DNA of 64,000 nucleotides from Escherichia coli (GTDB lineage Bacteria; Pseudomonadota; Gammaproteobacteria; Enterobacterales; Enterobacteriaceae): NCBI RefSeq assembly GCF_003991155.1, contig NZ_CP031293.1; one strand, 5' to 3'. Shown piece by piece: positions 27,306 to 39,188 of this stretch (position 1 is its first letter; each line of letters starts with the position of its first letter). The notes under the pieces were generated by a model. It saw only the letters and a program-made list of their open reading frames with translations, ran no database searches and was not told where the DNA came from. The position numbers and the translations under genes were made by a program.

Positions 27306-27451
27306 AACGCTGGCGGGTTCGCAAGCGGTACGCAATCTGAGCGTTCCTGAAGGGTTAATAAACAACCAGATGAAAAGAAAGGGTTAATACTTTGGGTGGG
27401 ATGTTATTTTACCGGATGGCTACTCGCCATCCGGTATGTCACGCTTAGGCG

Positions 27452-29986
27452 TTAATTACTCCCAAACATATCCTTGATCCAACCGGCTACACCGTCGCTG
27501 TCTTTCTGCTCTTGCTGAGCAGGTTGCTGTTGCGGCTGTTGCTGCGGCTGAGAAGACTGATCAAACGGATTGCCTGACGGTTGCTGCTGCATCTCACTCT
27601 GCTGGCACAGCGATTGCGGATCGCTGGTCCAGACCGGCAAGACACGCATACCACCGCTGCAAACAAAGTTGCCGTCGTAGTCCACGCCCATATCTGCAAT
27701 ATCTTCTGGCGGAACAAGATTCAGCGGTGTTGGCGTCTGGTTAGCCAGATAACGCTGATAAATCGACATTGCCCCGCTGGCTCCATACAGTTTGGTCGGT
27801 TGGTTGTTATCACGGCCTACCCAGGTGATGGTCACCGTGCTGCCGTCAATGCCCGCAAACCAGGTATCTACGTTATTGTTGGTAGTCCCTGTTTTCCCTG
27901 CCAGATGCAGGTTCGGGTATTTCGCCCCAAGCTGACGCCCCGTACCACGTTGTACCACCTGCTGCATGGTCCATAGTGTCAGATATGCCGCCTGCGCCGG
28001 AACAGCGCGTTCTGCCTGCGGGAAACTCTGATACAGCACCTTGCCATCTTCCGCGATTACCGAACGCAGCGCAGAAAGTGGTGCACGGTTACCGCCGCTG
28101 GCGATGGTCTGGAAAGCCTGCGCCACTTCGATTGGCGTTAAGTTCAACGCCCCCAGCAGCATTGCCGGAACCGGATGCAGCTGATCTTTCGGTACGCCCA
28201 GTTTAATCCAGGTCTCCGTAACCGCAGGCAGCCCCAGCGCCATCCCCAGATTCACCGTCGGCACGTTCATCGAACGGGTCAACGCATCCACCAGCATCAC
28301 TCTGCCACTTTCGCTATAACGACGGTCATCGTTCTGCGGTGACCAGACCTGGCCATTCGGCTGACGCAGCGCGATGGGCGCATCGGCAATCCACGTGTTC
28401 AGGCGATAGATTTTCGGCTGGCTTAAGGCAGTCAGATAAGTCGCTGGTTTTGCAAGGGAACCAATCGAACGACGCGCCTGCATCGCACGGTTGTAGCCCG
28501 CAAACTGCGGCTCAGAACCTCCAACCATCGCACGAACTTCACCACTAAAGCGGTCGACGACCACAATCGCGGTTTCAAGATCGCTCAACTTACGCTGTTT
28601 CTTCAGTGCCGGAATGCCTTCCACGGCGGCTTTTTCTGCCGCGTCCTGGGCCACCGAGTCAAAGGTAGTGAAGATCTTCACGCCGGAGAGATCTTTTACC
28701 TTATCGCCCAGTTTTGCCTGCAACTCCTGACGCACCAGCTGCATAAAGGCTGGCTGAGGAGAGATCACCCCACCGCGCGGCTGAACACCCAGCGGACGTG
28801 CACTCAACATGTCATAGAGTTCTTGATCAATAATCTGTTGCTGTTGCAGCAGACGCAGCACCAGATTACGTCGCTCCAGCGCCAGTTTCGGGTTACGCCA
28901 CGGGTTGTAGATGGACGCCCCTTTCACCATACCGACTAACAGCGCCTGCTGATCGAGGCTTAGCTCTTCTACCGGGCGACCAAAGTAATACAAGCTCGCC
29001 AGCGGGAAGCCGCGGATTTCGTTGTCGCCGCTCTGACCGAGATACACCTCGTTCATATACAGCTCAAGAATACGGTCTTTGCTGTAACGCGCGTCCATGA
29101 TCAGCGCCATGTAAGCTTCGTTCGCTTTACGCCAGTAAGAACGCTCACTGGAGAGGAACAGGTTTTTCACCAGTTGCTGAGTCAGCGTACTCGCCCCCTG
29201 CACCGTGCGTCCAGCAGTCAGGTTTGCCAGCACCGCACGTCCGATTGAGTAGAGACTGATCCCATCATGCTCGTAAAAATGACGGTCTTCTGTCGCCAGC
29301 AAAGTATCCACCAGCAAATCCGGGAAACCACTGCGCGGCACAAACAGACGTTGCTCACCGTTTGGTGAAGAGATCATAGTGATCAGGCGCGGATCAAGAC
29401 GGAAGAAACCGAACTGACGGTTGTTCTCCATATTGACGATCGTCGCCAGATGATCGCCATCAAAGGTCAGACGTGCACGCACCTGCCCTTCTTTACTGTC
29501 CGGGAAATCAAACGGACGGCGGATCATCTCAATGCTGTTGGCCTGCACGGTAAATTCGCCAGGACGGGTCATTTTCGACACCTGACGATACTGGGTCGCC
29601 TCCAGCAGCTTCACCATCTCGTTCTTGCTGATGGTCATGTCTGGCTCAAGGTTGACCATCCGGCCATAAACTGCCGCGGGCAGTTGCCAGACCTTGCCAT
29701 CAATACGGCTGCGAATTTTTTGATCGAGATAAACGCCGTAAATGGCGATCAGCACGGCAAAAACGATAGCCAGTTTTAGCAGCAGCCATAGCCAGCCGCG
29801 TTTGCCACGAGGCTTACGCCCTTTGCCTTTGCCCTTACCTTTGCGCGGCATCGGTTCTTCATCCTCATAGTCATCATAATCGTCGTAATCATCGTCATCT
29901 TCGTAACGACGACGGCTTACCTTTTGTTTGACCGGACGCGTCGGTTTCCCTTTGCGTCCAATTGGCTCGCGGTCATTCCCGGCCAT
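27452..29986 (-). CDS. mrcB: Penicillin-binding protein 1B (bifunctional glycosyltransferase/transpeptidase)
   Basis: Start set at [18 protein letters not shown]... (844 aa); acidic/basic N-terminus, TM helix, transpeptidase motifs. Confidence 0.95.
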   Translation of the reverse strand: MAGNDREPIGRKGKPTRPVKQKVSRRRYEDDDDYDDYDDYEDEEPMPRKGKGKGKGRKPRGKRGWLWLLLKLAIVFAVLIAIYGVYLDQKIRSRIDGKVWQLPAAVYGRMVNLEPDMTISKNEMVKLLEATQYRQVSKMTRPGEFTVQANSIEMIRRPFDFPDSKEGQVRARLTFDGDHLATIVNMENNRQFGFFRLDPRLITMISSPNGEQRLFVPRSGFPDLLVDTLLATEDRHFYEHDGISLYSIGRAVLANLTAGRTVQGASTLTQQLVKNLFLSSERSYWRKANEAYMALIMDARYSKDRILELYMNEVYLGQSGDNEIRGFPLASLYYFGRPVEELSLDQQALLVGMVKGASIYNPWRNPKLALERRNLVLRLLQQQQIIDQELYDMLSARPLGVQPRGGVISPQPAFMQLVRQELQAKLGDKVKDLSGVKIFTTFDSVAQDAAEKAAVEGIPALKKQRKLSDLETAIVVVDRFSGEVRAMVGGSEPQFAGYNRAMQARRSIGSLAKPATYLTALSQPKIYRLNTWIADAPIALRQPNGQVWSPQNDDRRYSESGRVMLVDALTRSMNVPTVNLGMALGLPAVTETWIKLGVPKDQLHPVPAMLLGALNLTPIEVAQAFQTIASGGNRAPLSALRSVIAEDGKVLYQSFPQAERAVPAQAAYLTLWTMQQVVQRGTGRQLGAKYPNLHLAGKTGTTNNNVDTWFAGIDGSTVTITWVGRDNNQPTKLYGASGAMSIYQRYLANQTPTPLNLVPPEDIADMGVDYDGNFVCSGGMRVLPVWTSDPQSLCQQSEMQQQPSGNPFDQSSQPQQQPQQQPAQQEQKDSDGVAGWIKDMFGSN

Positions 29987-30079
29987 GCTTTTTCTCCGCA
30001 ATATTCAGGCGCAAAAGCCCGATTTTCTGTTCTTCTGTTGCAAGACAGAAGAAGATATCTCTCAAATTTACTTTGATCT

Positions 30080-32509
30080 TCACGAATACTTTTTCGTTCG
30101 TCGCGTTGGTGCGGTGTTTGCCGGGTCGTCCGGCCAGACATGTTTGGGATAACGCCCTTTCATCTCTTTTTGCACCTCACGGTACGCTCCTTTCCAGAAG
30201 GCGCTCAAATCACGCGTGATTTGCAGCGGCCTTTGGGCAGGGGAAAGTAACTCCAGCACCAGCGGCACGCGCCCCTGGGCGATCGTCGGATTGGTGGCCT
30301 CGCCAAACATCTCCTGCATTCTCACCGCCAGCGCGGGCGGGTTATCTTCATGATAACGAATGGCGATCCGGCTTCCCGTCGGCACAGTGTAATGCGCAGG
30401 CAATTCACTATCCAGACGTTGCTGCATTACCCAATCAAGTAATCCACGCAGTGCCTGATAAATATCGAGTGATTTCAAGCCGCGTAGCGAATGTACGCCT
30501 GTCATATGCGGCAGTAGCCACGTTTCCAGCGTCGCCAACAAACTCTCATCATCAACCGCTGGCCAGTCATATTCCGGCAACCACTTTGCGGCGCATAACA
30601 AACGCAAGCGTAGCTGTTCCGCTTCCGCCGTCCAGTTGAGCACGCTTAAACCTTTATCACGAATGCCGTTAAGCATCGCCTGATGCAACTCGTCTTCCGA
30701 GGGTTTCGCCAGCGGTTGCACTTTTACCGTCAACTGACCGATTTGCAGCCGACGCCAGGCTTTCAGCGTACCTTGCGCGTCATCCCACTCCACGGTGTCC
30801 GATTGCTGTACCAGCTGCGGGCAGCGTTGTACTAACTCATCAATATCGACCGGTAGCGCCAGTAAAATCCGCGCATCCGGCGAGGCGCTGCCCTGCAATA
30901 ATAACGGTGCGATCAACCATTCGTGGCGGCTTAGCGCATCGTCGGCATCGAGCATCGCCCCCATGCCGTTCGCCAGTTGATAGCGTTCATCTTGCCCACG
31001 GCGACGAGCAATGCGATCGGCATACGCTCTGGCAAGTAGCGGCGCGATAAGCGAACTGTCTGCCTCACCGCCGCGTACGTTTAAGCGTTTTAACAGTTGC
31101 TGACTACGTTGCTGCCAGGCGGGTTGATTGCGCGAAAACGCCACGCCCAGGTCACTATTGCCCATCCGTGGCGGCTCTTCGAGAATGGCGGCAATTTTTG
31201 CCGCGGTAGCAGCTTCGTCGTCGCTCTTTGCGCTCACCAGCATTGCCGCTAAACGCGGATCGTTACCCAGCGTCGCCATTTTCTGCCCTTTCGTGCTTAG
31301 CCGTTCACCGTCCATCGCCCCCAGCATCCGTAACAGGCGTTTCGCGGCCTGTAAATTCACGGCTGGCGGTTGATCCAGCCAGCTCATCTGCGTCGGATCG
31401 CTGCATCCCCATTGCAGTAATTCCATCAGCAAACCGGAGAGATCGCTTTGTAATATTTCTGGTTCACTTTGCGCGGAGGCGCGTTCTGCTTGTTCTTTGG
31501 CGATTAAATGTAAACAGATCCCCGGCTCCAGACGTCCGGCACGCCCGGCGCGTTGCGTCATTGATGCCTGGCTAATGCGTTGGGTAATCAGCCGCGTTAG
31601 CCCCGTGCGCGGATCAAAGCGCGCCACACGTTCCTGAGCACAATCCACCACCAGACGAATACCTTCGATGGTTAAACTGGTTTCAGCAATATTGGTTGCC
31701 AGCACCACTTTGCGCATCCCTTCTGGTGCCGGAAGGATCGCTTTTCGCTGATCGTTCAGCGACAACGCGCCATACAGCGGGCAGAGCAACACATCACTAC
31801 CGATGCGCGAAGCCAGTTGTTCCTGAACGCGCTGAATTTCTCCGACACCCGGTAAAAATAACAGTAATGAGCCGCTTTCCTGATGCAGCAATTCGGCGGT
31901 GGCAACCGCCACGGCTTCATCAAAACGCTGATGAGCGGGCAGCGGTAAATATCGGCGTTCAACCGGAAACGAGCGCCCTTCTGAGATGACGACGGGCGCT
32001 TCTGGCAGCATCTGCTGCAAGCGGTCATTGTCCAGCGTAGCCGACATAATCAGCAGTTTAAGGTCATCACGCAGACCTTGTTGCACATCGAGTAACAGCG
32101 CCAACGCCAAATCCGCCTGCAAACTGCGCTCATGAAACTCATCGAGGATCACCAATCCAACATCGCTCAGTTCCGGGTCACGCTGGATCATGCGCGTCAG
32201 CACGCCTTCGGTAACCACTTCCAGGCGGGTATTCGGCCCGACGCAGTTTTGCGCACGCATCCGGTAGCCAACGGTATCGCCTGGCTTTTCGTTAAGCAGC
32301 TCCGCCAGCCGTTGCGCAACGTTACGCGCCGCCAGACGACGCGGCTCCAGCAGGATAATTTTCCCGTTAATGCCTGGATGCGCCAGCAGTTGCAGCGGCA
32401 GCCAGGTTGATTTCCCGGCCCCGGTCGGCGCACTTAATAACACCTGCGATGCACCATCGAGGGCAGCAAGTAACTCAGGTAAGACGGCAGCAACGGGCAA
32501 CGACGACAC
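30080..32509 (-). CDS. hrpB: ATP-dependent DEAH-box RNA helicase HrpB
   Basis: Track ORF 824 aa; start set at GTG (VSSLPVAAVLPELL...) giving 809 aa; Walker A APTGAGKST and DEFH box present. Confidence 0.9.
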   Translation of the reverse strand: MSSLPVAAVLPELLAALDGASQVLLSAPTGAGKSTWLPLQLLAHPGINGKIILLEPRRLAARNVAQRLAELLNEKPGDTVGYRMRAQNCVGPNTRLEVVTEGVLTRMIQRDPELSDVGLVILDEFHERSLQADLALALLLDVQQGLRDDLKLLIMSATLDNDRLQQMLPEAPVVISEGRSFPVERRYLPLPAHQRFDEAVAVATAELLHQESGSLLLFLPGVGEIQRVQEQLASRIGSDVLLCPLYGALSLNDQRKAILPAPEGMRKVVLATNIAETSLTIEGIRLVVDCAQERVARFDPRTGLTRLITQRISQASMTQRAGRAGRLEPGICLHLIAKEQAERASAQSEPEILQSDLSGLLMELLQWGCSDPTQMSWLDQPPAVNLQAAKRLLRMLGAMDGERLSTKGQKMATLGNDPRLAAMLVSAKSDDEAATAAKIAAILEEPPRMGNSDLGVAFSRNQPAWQQRSQQLLKRLNVRGGEADSSLIAPLLARAYADRIARRRGQDERYQLANGMGAMLDADDALSRHEWLIAPLLLQGSASPDARILLALPVDIDELVQRCPQLVQQSDTVEWDDAQGTLKAWRRLQIGQLTVKVQPLAKPSEDELHQAMLNGIRDKGLSVLNWTAEAEQLRLRLLCAAKWLPEYDWPAVDDESLLATLETWLLPHMTGVHSLRGLKSLDIYQALRGLLDWVMQQRLDSELPAHYTVPTGSRIAIRYHEDNPPALAVRMQEMFGEATNPTIAQGRVPLVLELLSPAQRPLQITRDLSAFWKGAYREVQKEMKGRYPKHVWPDDPANTAPTRRTKKYS

Positions 32510-32582
32510 AAAACGCTCCAGAGGGTTAACATTCTTCGCGCCACATTGTAGCATCGCGGTAATTCATAACCGAGTGCCTCAC

Positions 32583-33832
<1,250 letters not shown>

Positions 33833-34009
33833 TAGAGTAAGTAACTGGTTAATTTACATTCTGGTCGCGTGCGCAAATACGCTTTTCCTCACACAGTTGT
33901 CAAGTGTTACGTTTAGATAATTGCTATCCGGAAAAGCATCTGCTATTTATAGCGGCCTCATTTTTCCCCCGAACATGGGGATCGATAGTGCGTGTTAAGG
34001 AGAAGCAAC

Positions 34010-34465
34010 ATGCAAGAAGGGCAAAACCGTAAAACATCGTCCCTGAGTATTCTCGCCATCGCTGGGGTGGAGCCATATCAGGAGAAGCCGGGCGAAGAGT
34101 ATATGAATGAAGCCCAGCTGGCGCACTTCCGTCGTATTCTGGAAGCATGGCGTAATCAACTCAGGGATGAAGTCGATCGCACCGTTACACATATGCAGGA
34201 TGAAGCAGCCAACTTCCCGGACCCGGTAGACCGTGCAGCCCAGGAAGAAGAGTTCAGCCTCGAACTGCGTAACCGCGATCGCGAGCGTAAGCTGATCAAA
34301 AAGATCGAGAAGACGCTGAAAAAAGTGGAAGACGAAGATTTCGGCTACTGCGAATCCTGCGGTGTTGAAATTGGTATTCGCCGTCTGGAAGCGCGCCCGA
34401 CAGCCGATCTGTGCATCGACTGCAAAACGCTGGCTGAAATTCGCGAAAAACAGATGGCTGGCTAA
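34010..34465 (+). CDS. dksA: RNA polymerase-binding transcription factor DksA
   Basis: Start at [34 protein letters not shown]... (151 aa); C4 zinc finger CESCGVEI...CIDC. Confidence 0.95.
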   Translation: MQEGQNRKTSSLSILAIAGVEPYQEKPGEEYMNEAQLAHFRRILEAWRNQLRDEVDRTVTHMQDEAANFPDPVDRAAQEEEFSLELRNRDRERKLIKKIEKTLKKVEDEDFGYCESCGVEIGIRRLEARPTADLCIDCKTLAEIREKQMAG

Positions 34466-34501
34466 TTACAGCCGTTCCATCACGTTTACCACAGGCGGGA
34501 A

Positions 34502-35428
34502 ATGCTCCCGCCTTATTTTTTGTTCAAAGAGATGACAGACACACACTATATTGGTCGCTTCGCCCCCTCTCCTTCCGGCGAGCTTCATTTTGGCTCTCTG
34601 ATTGCCGCGCTTGGCAGCTATTTACAGGCTCGCGCCCGGCAAGGTCGCTGGCTGGTACGCATTGAAGATATCGACCCGCCTCGTGAAGTTCCCGGTGCCG
34701 CAGAGACTATCCTGCGCCAGCTGGAACATTACGGCCTGCACTGGGACGGCGACGTTCTCTGGCAATCGCAACGTCACCACGCCTATCGCGAAGCACTCGC
34801 CTGGTTATATGAGCAAGGACTAAGTTATTACTGCACCTGCACGCGTGCGCGTATTCAAAGCATTGGCGGTATTTACGACGGTCATTGCCGGGAATTACAT
34901 CATGGACCAGACAACGCCGCAGTACGTATCCGCCAGCAGCATCCGGTCACCCAGTTTACTGACCTGCTGCGAGGCATTATTCACGCCGACGAAAAACTGG
35001 CACGGGAAGATTTTATTATTCATCGCCGTGATGGTTTGTTTGCCTATAACCTGGCGGTGGTGGTGGATGATCACTTCCAGGGCGTGAGCGAAATTGTCCG
35101 CGGGGCAGATTTGATCGAACCAACAGTGCGGCAAATCTCGCTGTACCAGCTTTTTGGCTGGAAAGTGCCAGATTACATTCATTTACCGCTGGCGCTTAAT
35201 CCACAAGGCGCTAAACTTTCCAAGCAGAATCATGCGCCTGCGTTGCCGAAAGGCGATCCACGCCCGGTGTTAATCGCGGCACTTCAATTTCTGGGTCAAC
35301 AGGCAGAAGCACACTGGCAGGATTTCAGCGTCGAGCAAATCCTTCAGTCAGCCGTCAAAAACTGGACGCTGACTGCCGTGCCTGAGTCAGCAATTGTAAA
35401 TTCAACATTCTCAAATGCGTCATGCTGA
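34502..35428 (+). CDS. gluQ: Glutamyl-Q tRNA(Asp) synthetase
   Basis: 308-aa ORF with class-I aaRS HIGH-like [12 protein letters not shown] motif; a downstream alternative start at MTDTHY is possible. Confidence 0.85.
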   Translation: MLPPYFLFKEMTDTHYIGRFAPSPSGELHFGSLIAALGSYLQARARQGRWLVRIEDIDPPREVPGAAETILRQLEHYGLHWDGDVLWQSQRHHAYREALAWLYEQGLSYYCTCTRARIQSIGGIYDGHCRELHHGPDNAAVRIRQQHPVTQFTDLLRGIIHADEKLAREDFIIHRRDGLFAYNLAVVVDDHFQGVSEIVRGADLIEPTVRQISLYQLFGWKVPDYIHLPLALNPQGAKLSKQNHAPALPKGDPRPVLIAALQFLGQQAEAHWQDFSVEQILQSAVKNWTLTAVPESAIVNSTFSNASC

Positions 35429-35487
35429 GCTATGATTAGCCGCTATTTTTTTGTCCTGAATGATGTTTGACACTACCGAGGTGTACT

Positions 35488-36885
35488 ATTTTTACCCGAG
35501 TCGCTAATTTTTGCCGCAAGGTGCTAAGCCGCGAGGAAAGCGAGGCTGAACAGGCAGTCGCCCGTCCACAGGTGACGGTGATCCCGCGTGAGCAGCATGC
35601 TATTTCCCGCAAAGATATCAGTGAAAATGCCCTGAAGGTAATGTACAGGCTCAATAAAGCGGGATACGAAGCCTGGCTGGTTGGCGGCGGCGTGCGCGAC
35701 CTGTTACTTGGCAAAAAGCCGAAAGATTTTGACGTAACCACTAACGCCACGCCTGAACAGGTACGTAAACTGTTCCGTAACTGCCGCCTGGTGGGTCGCC
35801 GTTTCCGTCTGGCTCATGTGATGTTTGGTCCGGAGATTATCGAAGTTGCGACCTTCCGTGGACATCACGAAGGTAACGTCAGCGACCGCACGACCTCCCA
35901 ACGCGGGCAAAACGGCATGTTGCTGCGCGATAACATTTTCGGCTCCATCGAAGAAGACGCCCAGCGCCGCGATTTCACTATCAACAGCCTGTATTACAGC
36001 GTGGCAGATTTTACCGTCCGTGATTACGTTGGCGGCATGAAGGATCTGAAAGACGGCGTTATCCGTCTGATTGGTAACCCGGAAACGCGCTACCGTGAAG
36101 ATCCGGTACGGATGCTTCGCGCGGTTCGTTTTGCCGCCAAATTGGGCATGCGCATCAGCCCGGAAACCGCCGAGCCGATCCCACGCCTGGCAACCTTACT
36201 GAACGATATCCCACCGGCACGTCTGTTTGAAGAATCGCTGAAACTGTTGCAAGCGGGCTACGGTTACGAAACTTATAAGCTGCTGTGTGAATATCATCTG
36301 TTCCAGCCGCTGTTCCCGACCATTACCCGCTACTTCACGGAAAATGGCGACAGCCCGATGGAGCGGATCATTGAACAGGTGCTGAAGAATACCGATACGC
36401 GTATCCATAACGATATGCGCGTGAACCCGGCGTTCCTGTTTGCCGCCATGTTCTGGTATCCACTGCTGGAGACGGCACAGAAAATTGCTCAGGAGAGCGG
36501 CCTGACCTATCACGACGCTTTCGCACTGGCGATGAACGACGTGCTGGACGAAGCCTGCCGTTCACTGGCGATCCCGAAACGTCTGACTACGCTAACTCGC
36601 GATATCTGGCAGTTGCAGTTGCGTATGTCCCGTCGTCAGGGAAAACGCGCATGGAAACTGCTGGAGCATCCTAAGTTCCGTGCGGCATACGACCTGTTGG
36701 CCTTACGAGCCGAAGTTGAGCGTAACGCTGAACTGCAACGTCTGGTGAAATGGTGGGGTGAGTTCCAGGTTTCCGCGCCGCCAGACCAAAAAGGGATGCT
36801 TAACGAACTGGATGAAGAACCGTCACCGCGTCGTCGTACTCGTCGTCCACGCAAACGCGCACCGCGTCGTGAGGGTACCGCATGA
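35488..36885 (+). CDS. pcnB: Poly(A) polymerase I
   Basis: Frame open from 35467; start placed at the ATT codon (35488-35490) known to initiate pcnB, giving 465 aa; nucleotidyltransferase motif [18 protein letters not shown]. Confidence 0.85.
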
Positions 36886-37361
36886 CAGTGGCGTATATTG
36901 CCATAGGCAGCAATCTGGCCTCTCCGCTGGAGCAGGTCAATGCTGCCCTGAAAGCATTAGGCGATATTCCAGAAAGCCGCATTCTTGCTGTTTCTTCGTT
37001 TTACCGCACCCCACCGCTGGGGCCGCAAGATCAACCCGATTACTTAAATGCAGCCGTCGCGCTGGAAACCACTCTTGCCCCTGAAGAGCTACTCAATCAC
37101 ACACAGCGTATCGAATTGCAGCAAGGTCGCGTCCGTAAAGCGGAACGCTGGGGACCGCGCACGCTGGATCTCGACATCATGCTGTTTGGTAATGAAGTAA
37201 TAAATACCGAACGTCTGACCGTTCCGCACTACGATATGAAAAATCGTGGCTTTATGCTGTGGCCACTGTTTGAAATTGCGCCGGAGTTAGTGTTTCCTGA
37301 TGGGGAGACGTTGCGTCAAATCTTACATACAAGAGCATTTGAAAAATTAAGCAAATGGTAA
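36882..37361 (+). CDS. folK: 2-amino-4-hydroxy-6-hydroxymethyldihydropteridine pyrophosphokinase
   Basis: 159-aa [51 protein letters not shown]...; 4-bp overlap with pcnB. Confidence 0.95.
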
Positions 37362-37521
37362 TTTATTTATATTACGAATATAAATATTTTCTGAAAATCA
37401 CACCGACTCTCTTTCCTTAATAACGATTTTAGTTTAAAAATTTTTTATAGAAACATAATATAAATTCCCGCTGAGAAATATCAATCCCATCGCCATACCC
37501 TAACTAATTGCACTTGTGAAC

Positions 37522-37556
37522 TTAAATTTACTTAATATTGAATTAAGTAAATTTAA
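37522..37556. promoter_or_regulatory. Perfect 15-bp-arm palindrome in the yadN upstream region (candidate regulator binding site)
   Basis: TTAAATTTACTTAAT-attga-ATTAAGTAAATTTAA read directly; about 175 bp upstream of the yadN start, inside a 370-bp AT-rich intergenic region. Confidence 0.35.
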
Positions 37557-37731
37557 TTTGTTCAAAAGCTTCTAAAGTGCACAATAGGCAACCTAATGAA
37601 CAATGGTTGTAAATTTTGGTAACAAACATCATTGCTCATTAATATCTAACATTTGTTTCTCCTATTTGTGTCATGAATAGTTACTCTTCAAATATGTAGT
37701 CTGACTAATGGAATTTTATTCAAGGATTTTT

Positions 37732-38316
37732 ATGTCTAAAAAATTAGGTTTTGCGCTGTCTGGTCTTATGCTGGCAATGGTTGCAGGTACTGCTTCTGCT
37801 GGTCTGGACGGTGGTCAGTTAAATATCAGCGGTCTGGTTGTTGATAATACCTGTGAAACTCGCGTAGACGGTGGCAACAAAGATGGTCTGGTGCTTCTGC
37901 AAACTGCAACTGTTGCTGAAATCAGTGCTGGCGTGTTGAATGACACCGTAGGTGCTAAAGCTAAACCTTTCAGCATCACCGTTGACTGCAGCAATGCAAA
38001 CCCGAATCCTGGTAGCACCGCAAAAATGACCTTCGGTTCCGTGTTCTTTGGCAACAGCAAAGGGACTCTGAACAACGATATGTCTATTAACACGCCTTCT
38101 GACGGCGTAAATATTGCCCTGCACAATATTGATGGTTCCACTATCAAACAGGTTCAAATTAACAACCCAGGCGATATTTACACAAAAACGCTGGACGCTA
38201 CGACTAAATCTGCAACCTATGATTTTAAAGCATCCTATGTCCGTGCTGAAGCAAGCCAGGCACCAACTGCTGGTTATGTTAAAACCAACACTGCATATAC
38301 CATTACTTACCAGTAA
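37732..38316 (+). CDS. yadN: Fimbrial major subunit (Yad chaperone-usher fimbriae)
   Basis: Start at [23 protein letters not shown] (194 aa); fimbrial-subunit architecture with a conserved Cys pair. Confidence 0.9.
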   Translation: MSKKLGFALSGLMLAMVAGTASAGLDGGQLNISGLVVDNTCETRVDGGNKDGLVLLQTATVAEISAGVLNDTVGAKAKPFSITVDCSNANPNPGSTAKMTFGSVFFGNSKGTLNNDMSINTPSDGVNIALHNIDGSTIKQVQINNPGDIYTKTLDATTKSATYDFKASYVRAEASQAPTAGYVKTNTAYTITYQ

Positions 38317-38413
38317 TCCTTCGTTAGATTCATAAACTGAATATCTATGGGAGTAACTTTCTTAATAGTGGAATGTTACTCCCTATTTTAATTAACTCTG
38401 TCGGGAATGGTTT

Positions 38414-39154
38414 ATGTTTTTAAACGCTAAACATACTGCAGCTGTATGCTTCGCCACTTGTATGAGCTTAAGCGCATCGGCAATAGCAGATATCGTAATT
38501 TCAGGAACTCGCGTAATTTATAAAAGTAATGAAAAAAGCGTTAATGTTCGGCTGGAAAATAAGGGGAATAATCCGTTACTCGTTCAGAGCTGGCTGGATA
38601 CTGGCGACGATAGTGCTGAACCAGGGAGTATTACTGTCCCATTTACCGCCACCCCTCCTGTTTCGCGAATTGATGCCAAACGTGGTCAAACTATTAAATT
38701 GATGTACACGGCTTCCTCACCGCTGCCAAAAGACCGAGAAAGTGTTTTCTGGTTTAACGTACTCGAGGTTCCACCCAAACCTGACGCAGATAAAGTCGCC
38801 AACCAGAGTCTTCTGCAATTGGCATTCCGTACGCGTATCAAATTATTTTATCGCCCGGAAGGTTTAAACGGACTGCCATCAGATGCACCCGCAGCACTGA
38901 AATGGTCATGGGCAACCTCTGCTGGAAAAACTGCATTGCGCGTCGCAAATCCGACACCGTATCACGTCTCATTCAGTAGTGGTGATTTAGTCGCCAATGG
39001 CAAAACCTACCCCCTGGATGTAAAAATGGTAGCCCCGCTGAGTGAAGAAACCTTCTACATAAAAGGCATGAGTGGTAAAGCAAGTTCTGCCAAAGTGCAT
39101 TTCTTCGCCATAAATGACTTTGGTGGTGCAATTGAAGGCAATGCCAGCCTGTAA
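38414..39154 (+). CDS. ecpD: Periplasmic fimbrial chaperone (PapD-like)
   Basis: 246-aa ORF with signal peptide; chaperone position between subunit and usher; recognised as K-12 YadV/EcpD. Confidence 0.9.
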   Translation: MFLNAKHTAAVCFATCMSLSASAIADIVISGTRVIYKSNEKSVNVRLENKGNNPLLVQSWLDTGDDSAEPGSITVPFTATPPVSRIDAKRGQTIKLMYTASSPLPKDRESVFWFNVLEVPPKPDADKVANQSLLQLAFRTRIKLFYRPEGLNGLPSDAPAALKWSWATSAGKTALRVANPTPYHVSFSSGDLVANGKTYPLDVKMVAPLSEETFYIKGMSGKASSAKVHFFAINDFGGAIEGNASL

Positions 39155-39188
39155 CTAAATCAGGAATAAACGCAGCAGGAAGCACAAC

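Noticed and set aside
29860..29986. Acidic [15 protein letters not shown] and basic [16 protein letters not shown] low-complexity runs
   Set aside because: They are the native cytoplasmic N-terminus of PBP1b (mrcB), not a repeat element or separate gene.
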